24,000 bases of DNA from Peptostreptococcus sp. (GCF_036639115.1 NZ_JAVWJH010000002.1:165079-189078), one strand, 5' to 3'; positions 9,601-18,574 are shown, counted from the first letter of the stretch. A program made the numbers and translations. Notes: generated from the sequence alone by a model not told the origin.

Positions 9601-9814
9601 TCAACAGATGAGAAAAGCTAGTGGTTTTGAAGTTTTAGATAATATAAATGTTTACTACAATGGTGACGCTGATATTCAAAGAGCAGTGGAAACATTTGAT
9701 GAGTACATAAAGAATGAAACACTTTCGTTATCTATAAATAAAGTTGACGATGAAAGCCTAGAAATACAAAATCTTAATGATCATGAAACTGGTATAAAGG
9801 TAGAAAAAGCATAA
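6692..9814 (+). CDS. ileS: Isoleucyl-tRNA synthetase, type 2 (long, Thermus/eukaryote-like form)
   Basis: 1040 aa. HIGH-region FYEGPPTANGNPGIHH, KMSKS motif at KKMSKSKGN, editing (CP1) insertion, Cys clusters CPRCG / CWRC / CECG / CPDCG. AAGGAG SD. Preceded by the Ile T-box. Confidence 0.97.
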   Translation: MGKELVFDKLYDGSISQAEEQTLKTWREDNILEKVLEKGKNDPTFVFYEGPPTANGNPGIHHVISRTLKDWVCRYKTMSGYKVPRKAGWDTHGLPVELQVEKQLGLSDKKAIEEYGIAEFCDKCRESVFSYEKEWRQMTERMAYSVDLDDPYITLDNDYIETLWWILDKFNEENMLYEGHKILPYCPRCGTGLASHEVAQGYKEVKTNTLVAKFKKKNTENEYFLAWTTTPWTLPSNVALTVNPEIDYVKVRKGEEVYYLAKALADKHLGQGEYEVLETMKGKDLEYQEYEQLMPFVDVDKKAFFITCGDYVTVTDGTGIVHSAPAFGEDDYAMGRKYSLPFVQPVDDEGKFTATPWQGKFVMEEGLDVEIIKWLAKENKLFSKEKMVHNYPHCWRCSTPLVYYAKPGWYIEMTKLKDQLIENNNGVNWYPEFVGQGRFGNWLEELKDWAISRTRYWGTPLPVWKCECGTKSTVGSRQELVDRAIEDVNPETIDLHRPYVDDIHLKCPDCGKPMTRVTEVIDCWFDSGSMPFAQWHYPFENKENFDQLFPADYICEGIDQTRGWFYSLLAISTFVTGKAPYKNVLVTDLVLDKNGKKMSKSKGNTINPFEMFDKYGADALRWYLLYVSPPWTPIKFDEEGLKEIISKFIGTLKNTYNFFTLYANTDNLNPKDFFVDYKERPELDRWILSKFNNLKKEIEENLEIFEVNKSIRRLTEFLNDDLSNWYIRRSRRRFWGTELTEDKMAVYNTTYEILTEYCKMIAPFAPYLSEEMYRKLTGEYSVHCADYPRYDERLIDERLEEKMDLTKNLVTLGRAARESSKIKVRQPISEVLIDGKYESIISDLVGLIKEELNVKEVKFVKDLSEFMNFTLKPNFKVLGPVLGKNVNKFGKLLSTLDSHEVVAKTESGEKVKVDLDGEEFEFGKEEILVNIESKPGFNVAMENNLFVILETVLTDELINEGLAREFISKVQQMRKASGFEVLDNINVYYNGDADIQRAVETFDEYIKNETLSLSINKVDDESLEIQNLNDHETGIKVEKA

Positions 9815-9971
9815 ATATTTTATAGTACACATTTATGTATTTCGATGGATTTTTGATATTTGAGAAATATTATAGATCCTAATATAGCAGAAAACTTTAT
9901 TAAGCATATTGTGATATACTGGAAGTATGCAATATTCTTTTAGAAAAACTAAAAAAGAAGTATATATTTTA

Positions 9972-10003
9972 AAGAGTTGTTGCGTTTGCAGCAACTCTTT
10001 TTT
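9972..10003 (+). terminator. Rho-independent terminator downstream of ileS
   Basis: 12-bp stem AAGAGTTGTTGC / GCAGCAACTCTT (one G-U pair), GTTT loop, trailing T-run. Lies 158 nt after the ileS stop. Confidence 0.85.
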
Positions 10004-10012
10004 ATAAAAATT

Positions 10013-10042
10013 ATGAAACTAAGTGTCTAAATATGGTATAAT
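10013..10042 (+). promoter_or_regulatory. Candidate extended -10 promoter for the xseA operon
   Basis: ATGAAA (10013-10018), an 18-nt spacer, then TGgTATAAT (10034-10042). Located just after the ileS terminator and 37 nt before the xseA ATG. Confidence 0.55.
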
Positions 10043-10078
10043 ATATCTTAGGAAATTATGCAGTTTGGTGGTGATTAA

Positions 10079-11269
10079 ATGAGAATTAGAGCACTAGATG
10101 TTACAGAGGCAAATGAATATATAAAAAGGATTTTAAATGATGATCCAATTTTAAGTAATATCAAAGTACGTGGGGAAATATCTAATTTTAAACTTCACTC
10201 TTCAGGAAACGTATATTTATCTTTAAAAGATGACAATTCAAAGATAAACTGTATGATTCATAGAAATAGTTTTGATAAAAATCTGGAATTAGAGGACGGT
10301 AAAAAAATAATTGCAGATGGTTACATATCTTCCTATGTTAGAGGAGGAGTATATCAACTATATATAAGAAATATAGAGATCGAGGGCGAAGGAGAACTTT
10401 ATAGAGAATTTATCAAATTAAAAAAGAAACTAGAAAAAGAAGGATTGTTTGATTCTCAATATAAAAGAGAAATTCCAAGATTTCCCAAGTCTATAGGTGT
10501 AATAACGTCACCTACAGGTGCGGTTATTAGGGATATTATAAATGTAGTTAAGAGGAGATATCCAAAGCTTAGTATAAAGCTGTTTCCTGTTCTGGTACAA
10601 GGGCAAGGTTCAGCAAAAGATCTTGTGGATGGACTAGAATTTTTTAATAAAAATAAGAACGTCGATATAATAATAATAGGTAGAGGTGGAGGTTCATTAG
10701 AAGAACTTTGGTCCTTTAATGAAGAGAGTGTGGCAAGGGCTGTGTTTGAATCTAAAATACCTGTTATATCAGCTGTAGGTCATGAAACTGACTTTACTAT
10801 CTGTGATTTTGTGTCGGATATGAGGGCTCCAACTCCATCTGCAGCTGCTGAGATAGCAACTCCTAATATAGATGATATAATAAGACATCAAAACAATATA
10901 CTAAGGTCTATGGAAAGTTCAATGGTAAATACTATTAGATACCAAAGACAAAAGATTGACTCACATTTTCATAGATTTAACTTATATAAGGAAAGATCTT
11001 TGTTTACAGATAGATATATGGAACTTGATAGATATCAAGAAAAAATAGAAAAAGCAATGGAACTTTTGTTGAGACAAGAAAAGGAAAAATTAAATGTATT
11101 TTCTAACAGTATGGCGAATTTGAATCCATTTTCGGTACTTGAAAGAGGATATATTGTAGCACAAAAGGGTGAAAAGCTAGTATCAAGTATTTCAGATGTT
11201 TCTATGGGAGACAAATTAGATCTTAGGTTAAATGATGGAACTATAAAATGTGAAGTAATAGAGAAGTAG
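10079..11269 (+). CDS. xseA: Exodeoxyribonuclease VII large subunit
   Basis: 396 aa. N-terminal OB-fold region (VRGEISNFKLHSSGNVYLSLKD) and catalytic core (IGVITSPTGAVIRDI...IIIGRGGGSLEELWSFNEE...SAVGHETDFTI) typical of XseA. Confidence 0.95.
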   Translation: MRIRALDVTEANEYIKRILNDDPILSNIKVRGEISNFKLHSSGNVYLSLKDDNSKINCMIHRNSFDKNLELEDGKKIIADGYISSYVRGGVYQLYIRNIEIEGEGELYREFIKLKKKLEKEGLFDSQYKREIPRFPKSIGVITSPTGAVIRDIINVVKRRYPKLSIKLFPVLVQGQGSAKDLVDGLEFFNKNKNVDIIIIGRGGGSLEELWSFNEESVARAVFESKIPVISAVGHETDFTICDFVSDMRAPTPSAAAEIATPNIDDIIRHQNNILRSMESSMVNTIRYQRQKIDSHFHRFNLYKERSLFTDRYMELDRYQEKIEKAMELLLRQEKEKLNVFSNSMANLNPFSVLERGYIVAQKGEKLVSSISDVSMGDKLDLRLNDGTIKCEVIEK

Positions 11270-11282
11270 GCGAGGTTAATTT

Positions 11283-11507
11283 ATGAATGAGATAGATTTG
11301 AAAGATTTATCATATGAAGAAGCAATGTCTAGAATGGAAGAGATATTAAAAAAATTGGAAACAGGAAACAATAAGTTGGATGATTCTCTAGCGTTGTATG
11401 AAGAAGGAATCAAATTATATAGATATTGTAATGAAGTATTAGACAAAGCAGAACTAAAGGTAAGCAAGTTTAATAATCAAAATGAAGAAATAGAGGTGGA
11501 TATATAA
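11283..11507 (+). CDS. xseB: Exodeoxyribonuclease VII small subunit
   Basis: 74-aa helical protein ([41 protein letters not shown]) immediately after xseA. Its stop overlaps the ispA start. Confidence 0.92.
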   Translation: MNEIDLKDLSYEEAMSRMEEILKKLETGNNKLDDSLALYEEGIKLYRYCNEVLDKAELKVSKFNNQNEEIEVDI

Positions 11508-12397
11508 TGGATTTTATCTCTGAGTTAAAAGAAAAAAGTAAATATATAGATTTAAAGTTAGAAGAGTATATGCCAAAAGAAACTGGTTATCAAAAAACTG
11601 TATTTGAAGCTATGAATTATAGCTTAAGAGCAGGTGGGAAAAGACTAAGACCAGTGCTTTTAATGGAATCTTATAGACTTTGTGGTGGTAAGGATGAAGC
11701 ATTTATCCCATTTAGTATCGCTATAGAAATGATACATACATACTCTTTAATACATGATGATTTACCAGCCATTGATAATGATGATTTAAGGAGAGGTAAA
11801 GCAACAAATCATAAAGTATTTGGAGAGGCAATGTCAATATTAGCAGGAGATGCACTTTTAAGCCATTCTTTTGAAATAATGCTTGGAGAAAGCATAGTAT
11901 CTAAGTATCCAAACAGAGGTCTTAATGCTAGCTATGAAATATCTAAGGGCGCTGGTATATATGGAATGATTGCGGGACAGGTAGTAGATGTAGAAAGTGA
12001 AGGAGAGCATATAGATAGAGAGAAGCTAGACTTTATACATATGAATAAGACTGCCAAAATGATTATTGCTAGTATGAGAGCTGGTGCCATGCTTGCAGGT
12101 GCAGAAGCTGATAAGTTAGATGCAGTGAGCGTATATGGGGAAAGAATAGGTCTTGCATTTCAGATAGTAGATGACATATTAGATGTAGTTGGAGATGAAA
12201 AAACTCTAGGAAAACATGTTGGTAGCGATATAGAAAATGAGAAGTCTACTTACCCTGCTATTTTTGGTATAGACAAATCATGGGAAATTGCTAGAAAACT
12301 AATATCGCAAGCAAAGGAAAAGTTAGATATTTTTGATAGTGAAGATTCTCTATTTTTATCAAATCTATCTGACTATATTATTAATAGAGAATATTAG
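11507..12397 (+). CDS. ispA: Polyprenyl (farnesyl/geranylgeranyl) diphosphate synthase
   Basis: 296 aa. First Asp-rich motif LIHDDLPAIDNDDLRRG, second Asp-rich motif FQIVDDILD, GKRLRP motif. Conserved xseAB-ispA-dxs context. Confidence 0.93.
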   Translation: MDFISELKEKSKYIDLKLEEYMPKETGYQKTVFEAMNYSLRAGGKRLRPVLLMESYRLCGGKDEAFIPFSIAIEMIHTYSLIHDDLPAIDNDDLRRGKATNHKVFGEAMSILAGDALLSHSFEIMLGESIVSKYPNRGLNASYEISKGAGIYGMIAGQVVDVESEGEHIDREKLDFIHMNKTAKMIIASMRAGAMLAGAEADKLDAVSVYGERIGLAFQIVDDILDVVGDEKTLGKHVGSDIENEKSTYPAIFGIDKSWEIARKLISQAKEKLDIFDSEDSLFLSNLSDYIINREY

Positions 12398-12417
12398 ATT
12401 TATTATAGGGGGAAATA

Positions 12418-12852
12418 ATGAATTATTTCATAGATTTTTTTGCAAACAAGACATTATGGATAAGTGTACTTTCATGTTTTATTGCACAGTTCTTTAAAAT
12501 GTTTACAGGAAAAAAGAGGGTTGAGCTATCTAGAATATTTATTTCTGGTGGTATGCCTAGCTCTCATAGTTCGTTTGTCAGCTGTATGACTACTATGATA
12601 GGACTGGGACATGGATTTAATTCAGATATTTTTGCCGTAGCTGCTGTTATTTCATGTATTATAATGTATGATGCATCAGGTGTGAGACAAGCAGTAGGTA
12701 AGCAGGCTACAATATTAAACCAACTTGTGGATGCTTGGCAGAGTAAAAGGCCAATTCAGCAAGAAAAGTTAAAGGAGTTAATAGGGCATACTCCTAAACA
12801 AGTACTATTTGGTGCTTTGCTTGGAATTGTAGTTGCAATAATATTTTATTAG
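12418..12852 (+). CDS. Divergent PAP2-family membrane protein (DUF212 / acid phosphatase-haloperoxidase-related)
   Basis: 144 aa with 3-4 TM segments. Motifs SGGMPSSHSS and GHTPKQVLFGALLG resemble degenerate PAP2 motifs 2 and 3. GGGGGA SD. Function not established. Confidence 0.8.
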   Translation: MNYFIDFFANKTLWISVLSCFIAQFFKMFTGKKRVELSRIFISGGMPSSHSSFVSCMTTMIGLGHGFNSDIFAVAAVISCIIMYDASGVRQAVGKQATILNQLVDAWQSKRPIQQEKLKELIGHTPKQVLFGALLGIVVAIIFY

Positions 12853-12865
12853 TTAGGTGATAAAG

Positions 12866-14782
12866 ATGTATAAACTATTAGAGGGTGTAAATTCACCCCA
12901 AGATATAAAAAAAATGAATACAAGTCAACTGAAAGAATTATCAAAAGAAATAAGAAAATTCTTGGTTAAAAATATTGCAGAGACTGGAGGTCATTTGGCC
13001 TCTAATCTAGGCGTTGTAGAGATAACTCTTGCTCTGCATAAAGTATTTAATAGTCCGGTTGATAAGATTGTGTGGGATGTAGGGCATCAGTCTTATGTTC
13101 ATAAGATAATAACAGGAAGAAAAGAAGAGTTCCCTACATTGAGACAATATAAGGGACTGTCTGGATTTCCAAAAGAAAGTGAAAGTGAACATGACACTTT
13201 TGATACGGGACACAGCTCTACATCCATATCTGCAGCACTTGGAATAGCAAGTGCAAGAGATATTAAGAAAGAGGATTATGATGTAGTGGCGGTGATAGGT
13301 GATGGTGCTATAACTGGTGGAATGGCAATAGAAGCATTAAATAACCTTGGATATATGGACAAGGACATGATTATAGTATTTAACGATAATGAAATGTCTA
13401 TAGATAAAAATACGGGTGCTTTTTCTGCATATATGTCAAAGATTATTCAAAACAGTGAAGCTATGACATTTAAAGATAGCATAGATAAAATAATGAATAT
13501 GACTTCTGTTGGTGAAGCTTTTTCAAAAAGAGCAAATAGATTGACTGATTCAATAATATCTAGCATATCTCCATCAGAGTGTAGCTTTATGGATGCTCTG
13601 GGTGTGAAGTATATTGGTCCGATAGATGGCCATAATATAGAAGAAATGATTGATATATTAGAGTATGCAAAGCATATTGATGGTCCAAAGTTTATACATG
13701 TAAAGACTGTTAAGGGCAAGGGATATAGATTTGCAGAAGAAAGACCAGATGCCTACCATGGGGTAGGTAAGTTTGATTATAGAGAAGGTGTAAAAAAATC
13801 AGAAAAAAGATCAATTTCATCAATAGTTGGAATGACACTTTCTGATATGGCAGACTCAAATAGTAATATAGTTGCCGTTACAGCAGCCATGCCGTCTGGA
13901 ACAGGACTTAATATATATGAAAAATTCCATCCAGATAGATATTTTGACGTTGGGATTGCAGAACAGCATGGAGTTACATTCTCAGCAGGATTGGCAAAGG
14001 CTGGTATGAAACCGTACTTTGCAGTTTATTCAACGTTTTTACAAAGAGGCTATGATCAGTTGATACACGATGTGTGCATTACCAAGAAGCCAGTTACTTT
14101 TTTAATAGATAGAGCAGGTTTGGTTGGCAATGATGGTGAGACACATCATGGTGAGTTTGATTTATCTTACCTAAATCCAATACCAAATATAACGGTAATG
14201 GCACCATGCGATACAAGAGAAATGATCGATATGATGTTTTTCTCACAAAACATTTTATCGCCACTAGCGATTAGATATCCTAGAGGAAGTGAGTACTATC
14301 TTGATAAAGATAGATATAGCTTTATGAAATGTTCTAGTATAGAAAAATTACCGCTTACTATTGATAATATAGGTAGACCTCAACTTATCTATGATGGAAT
14401 AAAAGAAAATACAAAAAAGGTAGCAATACTATCAATAGGAAATATGTTGATTCCATCTATGGAAGCAGTAGATATGATATTAAAAGACAATAAAAATATA
14501 TCTTTTAGGCTGATAAATGCGAGATATCTAAAGCCATTGGACGAAAAGAAGTATTTAGAATTATTAGATGGTATTGACAAGGTGTATACTGTTGAAGATA
14601 ACGTAATAACAGGTGGTTATGGAAGTAGTATAGAGCATTTGATAAAATCAAATGATATAAATATAGATTTAGAAATAATAGGCATTCCAAACAGATTTGT
14701 AGGTCATGGAAATACAGATGAACTAATGGATGAAATAGGGATGTCATCTGAAAAATTAAAAGAGAGAATAGAGGGTTTTTAA
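12866..14782 (+). CDS. dxs: 1-deoxy-D-xylulose-5-phosphate synthase
   Basis: About 638 aa. ThDP motif [47 protein letters not shown] 12866 preferred (AGGTGA 5 nt upstream) over the track's GTG at 12857. Confidence 0.95.
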   Translation: MYKLLEGVNSPQDIKKMNTSQLKELSKEIRKFLVKNIAETGGHLASNLGVVEITLALHKVFNSPVDKIVWDVGHQSYVHKIITGRKEEFPTLRQYKGLSGFPKESESEHDTFDTGHSSTSISAALGIASARDIKKEDYDVVAVIGDGAITGGMAIEALNNLGYMDKDMIIVFNDNEMSIDKNTGAFSAYMSKIIQNSEAMTFKDSIDKIMNMTSVGEAFSKRANRLTDSIISSISPSECSFMDALGVKYIGPIDGHNIEEMIDILEYAKHIDGPKFIHVKTVKGKGYRFAEERPDAYHGVGKFDYREGVKKSEKRSISSIVGMTLSDMADSNSNIVAVTAAMPSGTGLNIYEKFHPDRYFDVGIAEQHGVTFSAGLAKAGMKPYFAVYSTFLQRGYDQLIHDVCITKKPVTFLIDRAGLVGNDGETHHGEFDLSYLNPIPNITVMAPCDTREMIDMMFFSQNILSPLAIRYPRGSEYYLDKDRYSFMKCSSIEKLPLTIDNIGRPQLIYDGIKENTKKVAILSIGNMLIPSMEAVDMILKDNKNISFRLINARYLKPLDEKKYLELLDGIDKVYTVEDNVITGGYGSSIEHLIKSNDINIDLEIIGIPNRFVGHGNTDELMDEIGMSSEKLKERIEGF

Positions 14783-15660
14783 TGAAAAAAAGAATTGATG
14801 TTTTGCTTGTAGATATGGGATACTTTGAAAGTAGAGAGCAGGCGAGAAGACATATTATGGCAGGAAGTGTATTTGTTGACAATCAAAGAGTTGATAAAGC
14901 AGGTACAGCTGTCAAAATAGATTCTGATATAAGAGTAAAGGGAAAACTAATACCATATGTTAGCAGAGGTGGATTAAAACTTGAAAAGGCACTTAAAAAC
15001 TTTGATTTAACGGTTAAAGATAAGGTTTGTATGGATATAGGTGCGTCTACAGGAGGCTTTACAGATTGTATGCTCCAAAATGGGGCAAGAAAAGTATATT
15101 CAGTGGATGTAGGATATGGACAATTAGCTTGGAAACTAAGACAAGATGAAAGAGTGGTTTGTCTTGAGAGACAAAATATAAGGTATTTGGATGAGAGTAT
15201 TTTGGATGAAAAACCAAATTTTGCATCTATAGATGTATCTTTTATATCTTTAAGGTTGGTACTTCCAAAAGCGTGGAGCATATTAGCTGAATCAGGAAGA
15301 ATTGTGGCGCTTATAAAACCTCAATTTGAAGCAGGTAGAGAGAAAGTAGGTAAAAAGGGAGTTGTAAGAGAAAAATCAACACATATTGAAGTTATTGATC
15401 GTATTTCTAAAATTGCGATTAAAGATGGATTTAGAGTACTAGATTTAGACTTTTCACCTATCAAAGGGCCTGAAGGAAATATAGAGTATCTAATATACTT
15501 GGAAAAAGTAGATAATAAGTTAGAAGAAGATGCTTCAATAGACGAATTTGAAAAGTACATAGCTGATAACAATTCATTGGATGGATATAATAATTCATAT
15601 GATGACTATTACAAAAAAATTGTCGGGTTAGTAGAGGAGTCACATTCTTTAGACAAATAG
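14782..15660 (+). CDS. tlyA: TlyA-family rRNA 2'-O-methyltransferase (hemolysin A-like)
   Basis: 292 aa. N-terminal S4 domain (RIDVLLVDMGYFESREQARRHIMAGSVFVDNQRV), YVSRGGLKLEKAL, and SAM motif DIGASTGGFTD. Start overlaps the dxs stop (TAATG). Confidence 0.92.
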   Translation: MKKRIDVLLVDMGYFESREQARRHIMAGSVFVDNQRVDKAGTAVKIDSDIRVKGKLIPYVSRGGLKLEKALKNFDLTVKDKVCMDIGASTGGFTDCMLQNGARKVYSVDVGYGQLAWKLRQDERVVCLERQNIRYLDESILDEKPNFASIDVSFISLRLVLPKAWSILAESGRIVALIKPQFEAGREKVGKKGVVREKSTHIEVIDRISKIAIKDGFRVLDLDFSPIKGPEGNIEYLIYLEKVDNKLEEDASIDEFEKYIADNNSLDGYNNSYDDYYKKIVGLVEESHSLDK

Positions 15661-15673
15661 TTTGGGGGAAGTT

Positions 15674-17359
15674 ATGATTTACGAATTATATATGAAAAAC
15701 TGTGCCTTAGTGGATGAGTTAAGGGTAAACTTTGGAAAGGGTTTAAATATACTCACTGGAGAAACAGGATCTGGAAAGTCTATAATTTTAGAAGCACTAA
15801 ATCTTTGTCTAGGAGGAAAGTATGATAGAACATTTCTTAGAAGGGGATCTCAATTGGGAGAAGTCGAAACAGTCCTATTTGTTGAAAATGAAAATTTCAT
15901 AAAACAGTTAAGAAACTTGGATATAGAAGTAGATGAAGATAATTTGGTAGTTGTTTCAAGAAGACTTTTCTCAGATGGCAAAAGCACAACGAAAATAAAT
16001 GGGAAAAATATAAAAGTCTCAGACCTGAAAAAAGTAATGTCATTAGTGGTTGATATGCATGGCCAACATCAAAATCAAGCGCTTTATAGTAAAGAAAATC
16101 ACCTAGAATTTTTTGACTTATATGGCAAGAGTAAGGTGAAAGAGAGACTAGAAGAATATAAAAAAGAGTACAAAGAATATAATAATATACAAAAGCAAAT
16201 ATTAAAACTCAATGACAATAAATCTGAGATGGAAGTTCAGCGCGAGAGAGATCTCTTAAAGTTTCAGATAAATGAAATTGAAGTAGCAAATTTAAGTAAT
16301 GAGGAATATGAAGATTTAAAATTAAAAAAAGAAGTATTTGCAAATAGTGAAAAAATATTTAATTCACTAAATGAAGCCTATACACTGCTACATTCAGGAC
16401 AGTTTAACTCAGAAGAACAAGTAGGTAAAGCTTCCAATGCTATAGCTAATGTAGCAAAGTATGATAAACTTCTAGAGGAAATAGAAGTATCTACAAACAA
16501 TGTACTTTATGAACTAGAAGATCTTTCGGGAAACATTAGAAGTTATCTTGATAATATAGACTTCGAACCATACTTACTAAATGAAGTACAAGAAAAATTA
16601 GAAGTAATTAATAGCTTGAGAAGAAAGTATGGAGATACGATAGAAGATGTTTTAGACTATTGTAGCAAAATAAAGGCAAATCTCGATGATATAGATAATA
16701 GAGAAGAAAAAAACAATGAGTTACAATCAAGTTTGTTAAAAAAAGAAAAAGAACTTGCAATTAAAGCACAAGTACTTTCGGATGATAGAAAGAGGGTTGC
16801 AAGTGAGCTAGAAAAGGAGCTTTTAGACGAGTTATCTAGCTTGAATATGAAAAATACAAAATTTAAGGTTGATTTCAAAAAAATAGAGTATAATGAAAAC
16901 GGAAATGATGATGTCGAATTTTTGGTATCATTTAATCTAGGTGAAGAGATGAAGCCACTATATAAGGTGGCTTCTGGTGGAGAAATGTCTAGATTTATGT
17001 TAGCATTTAAATCGATATTATCTGACGTTGATAAAATAGATTCATTGATTTTTGATGAAATAGATACAGGAATAAGTGGAAGAGCAGCACAGACCGTTGG
17101 AGAAAAATTATCTAGAATATCCAAGGAGAAACAGCTTATATGTATTACGCATCTACCACAAATTGCTTCATTTGCAGATGAACATTTCTACATAGAAAAG
17201 AATGTAGAAAACGACAGAACCTATACATCTATTGAAAAGCTGAACAGAGATTCAAAAAAAAATGAGATTGCAAGATTGATATCTGGCATGAGAATAACAG
17301 AGAAAACAATAGAACATGCTGATGAAATGTTAGATATTGCTGATGAAATAAAAAAATAA
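15674..17359 (+). CDS. recN: DNA repair protein RecN
   Basis: Walker A GETGSGKSI, long coiled-coil middle, signature SGGEMSRFMLAFK, Walker B LIFDEIDTGISG. ATG 15674 (GGGGGA SD) preferred over TTG 15662. Confidence 0.95.
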   Translation: MIYELYMKNCALVDELRVNFGKGLNILTGETGSGKSIILEALNLCLGGKYDRTFLRRGSQLGEVETVLFVENENFIKQLRNLDIEVDEDNLVVVSRRLFSDGKSTTKINGKNIKVSDLKKVMSLVVDMHGQHQNQALYSKENHLEFFDLYGKSKVKERLEEYKKEYKEYNNIQKQILKLNDNKSEMEVQRERDLLKFQINEIEVANLSNEEYEDLKLKKEVFANSEKIFNSLNEAYTLLHSGQFNSEEQVGKASNAIANVAKYDKLLEEIEVSTNNVLYELEDLSGNIRSYLDNIDFEPYLLNEVQEKLEVINSLRRKYGDTIEDVLDYCSKIKANLDDIDNREEKNNELQSSLLKKEKELAIKAQVLSDDRKRVASELEKELLDELSSLNMKNTKFKVDFKKIEYNENGNDDVEFLVSFNLGEEMKPLYKVASGGEMSRFMLAFKSILSDVDKIDSLIFDEIDTGISGRAAQTVGEKLSRISKEKQLICITHLPQIASFADEHFYIEKNVENDRTYTSIEKLNRDSKKNEIARLISGMRITEKTIEHADEMLDIADEIKK

Positions 17360-17395
17360 TTTCCCATTTGATAATGGTGAATCTAGGAGGTAAAG

Positions 17396-18517
17396 ATGCG
17401 AGTAGAGGCGAAGTTAAGAAAAGATAGAAAAACAAAAAAGCTCGCAAAGAGGATAATGGCTGGTGAAATAGCTGTTATTAACCACGTGGATATAGATGAA
17501 GTGGCTGCAAAATCTTTGGTAGAAGCTAAAATAAAGCTAGTCATCAATGCTGCAGAATCTATAAGTGGTAGATATCCAAATGCAGGACCTAATATATTGG
17601 TTAAAGAAAACATACTTATAATTGATAATGTTGGGGAAGAAACTTTTGATTCTCTTGAAGAAGGGGATATAATTGTCGTTGAAGAAGGCAAAATATACAG
17701 GGACAATGAACTTTTGGGCGAAGGTGAGGTAATGACGGCAGATGTAGTAGCTCAAAAAACTAAACATGCCTATGAAAATATAGGTGCTGAGTTAGATAGG
17801 TTTATAGACAATACTATAGAGTATGCAAGAAAAGAAAAGGGAATGATTTTGGGAGATGTAGAAATTCCTAAAATGAAGACAAATTATGATGGAAAGCATG
17901 TCTTAGTAGTAGTAAGAGGTCATAATTATAAGGCTGACTTACAAGCAATAATATCGTATATAGAAGAAGTAAAGCCTGTACTTGTAGGAGTTGATGGAGG
18001 GGCTGATGCGCTTTTAGAATCTGGATATAGGCCAGATGTAATTGTAGGAGATATGGACAGTGTGTCCGATGAAGCTCTTAAATCGGCGAAGGAAATTGTT
18101 GTACATGCCTATACTAACGGTAAGGCACCAGGCTTAAAAAGAGTAGAGGATTTGGGTCTAGAAGCAGTAATATTTGCATCTCCAGGAACTAGTGAGGATA
18201 TTGCTATGCTGGCAGCATATGAATACAATGCCAAGCTTATAGTTGCTCTTGGAACACACTCCAATATGATCGACTTTTTAGAAAAAGGTAGAAAAGGAAT
18301 GGCATCTACATTTTTAGTAAGGTTGAAAATTGGGGCAAGACTAATAGACGCTAGAGGAGTAAGTATGCTTTACAAGAGTAGATTGAAGCTAAAATATATT
18401 GTGGCTTTAATTGTAACCGCACTTTTTCCAGTATTAATTCTAATATCTCTATCTCCAAAAGTGCAGACTTTTATGCAGCTTGTAGAGATAAAGATGAGAC
18501 TATTGTTGGGAATGTAG
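17396..18517 (+). CDS. steA: SteA-like protein (thiamine-pyrophosphokinase-like domain, C-terminal membrane anchor)
   Basis: 373 aa. Central GVDGGADALLESGYRPDVIVGDMDSV mirrors the TPK catalytic-domain motif (GxDGGA...PD..xGDxDS). C-terminal hydrophobic helix YIVALIVTALFPVLILISLS. GGAGG SD. Lies right after recN, as in the actinobacterial steA locus (recalled, not searched). Confidence 0.75.
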   Translation: MRVEAKLRKDRKTKKLAKRIMAGEIAVINHVDIDEVAAKSLVEAKIKLVINAAESISGRYPNAGPNILVKENILIIDNVGEETFDSLEEGDIIVVEEGKIYRDNELLGEGEVMTADVVAQKTKHAYENIGAELDRFIDNTIEYARKEKGMILGDVEIPKMKTNYDGKHVLVVVRGHNYKADLQAIISYIEEVKPVLVGVDGGADALLESGYRPDVIVGDMDSVSDEALKSAKEIVVHAYTNGKAPGLKRVEDLGLEAVIFASPGTSEDIAMLAAYEYNAKLIVALGTHSNMIDFLEKGRKGMASTFLVRLKIGARLIDARGVSMLYKSRLKLKYIVALIVTALFPVLILISLSPKVQTFMQLVEIKMRLLLGM

Positions 18518-18574
18518 GATGTTTATCAAACAAACATCTATATATAAATAATTAAAAACAGGAAGGTTGATGAA

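Noticed and set aside
9927-10007. 26-aa ORF (MQYSFRKTKKEVYILKSCCVCSNSFL) running through the ileS terminator hairpin.
   Set aside because: GGAAG sits only 1 nt from the ATG, which is too close to act as an SD. The Cys codons come from the GC-rich terminator stem itself. Most likely chance.
14505-15281. Two minus-strand ORFs (125 and 132 aa) across the dxs/tlyA junction.
   Set aside because: Antisense to two well-supported, overlapping + strand genes, with no recognisable domains. Shadow ORFs.
15541-15660. Asn/Tyr/Asp-rich C-terminal tail of TlyA (NNSLDGYNNSYDDYYKKIVGLVEESHSLDK).
   Set aside because: A short low-complexity extension of a kind common in AT-rich genomes, with no evidence of a separate domain or ORF.
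16657-17124. 155-aa minus-strand ORF inside recN; the same applies to 17229-17447, 17383-17706 and 17537-17767 around the recN/steA junction.
   Set aside because: All are antisense to conserved coding sequence with Ser/Phe/Leu/Ile-rich translations. They are not supported as genes.
18518-18538. 7-bp hairpin GATGTTT-N7-AAACATC right after the steA-like stop.
   Set aside because: AT-rich short stem with no trailing U-run, so not a credible intrinsic terminator. At most a minor mRNA structure between coupled genes.
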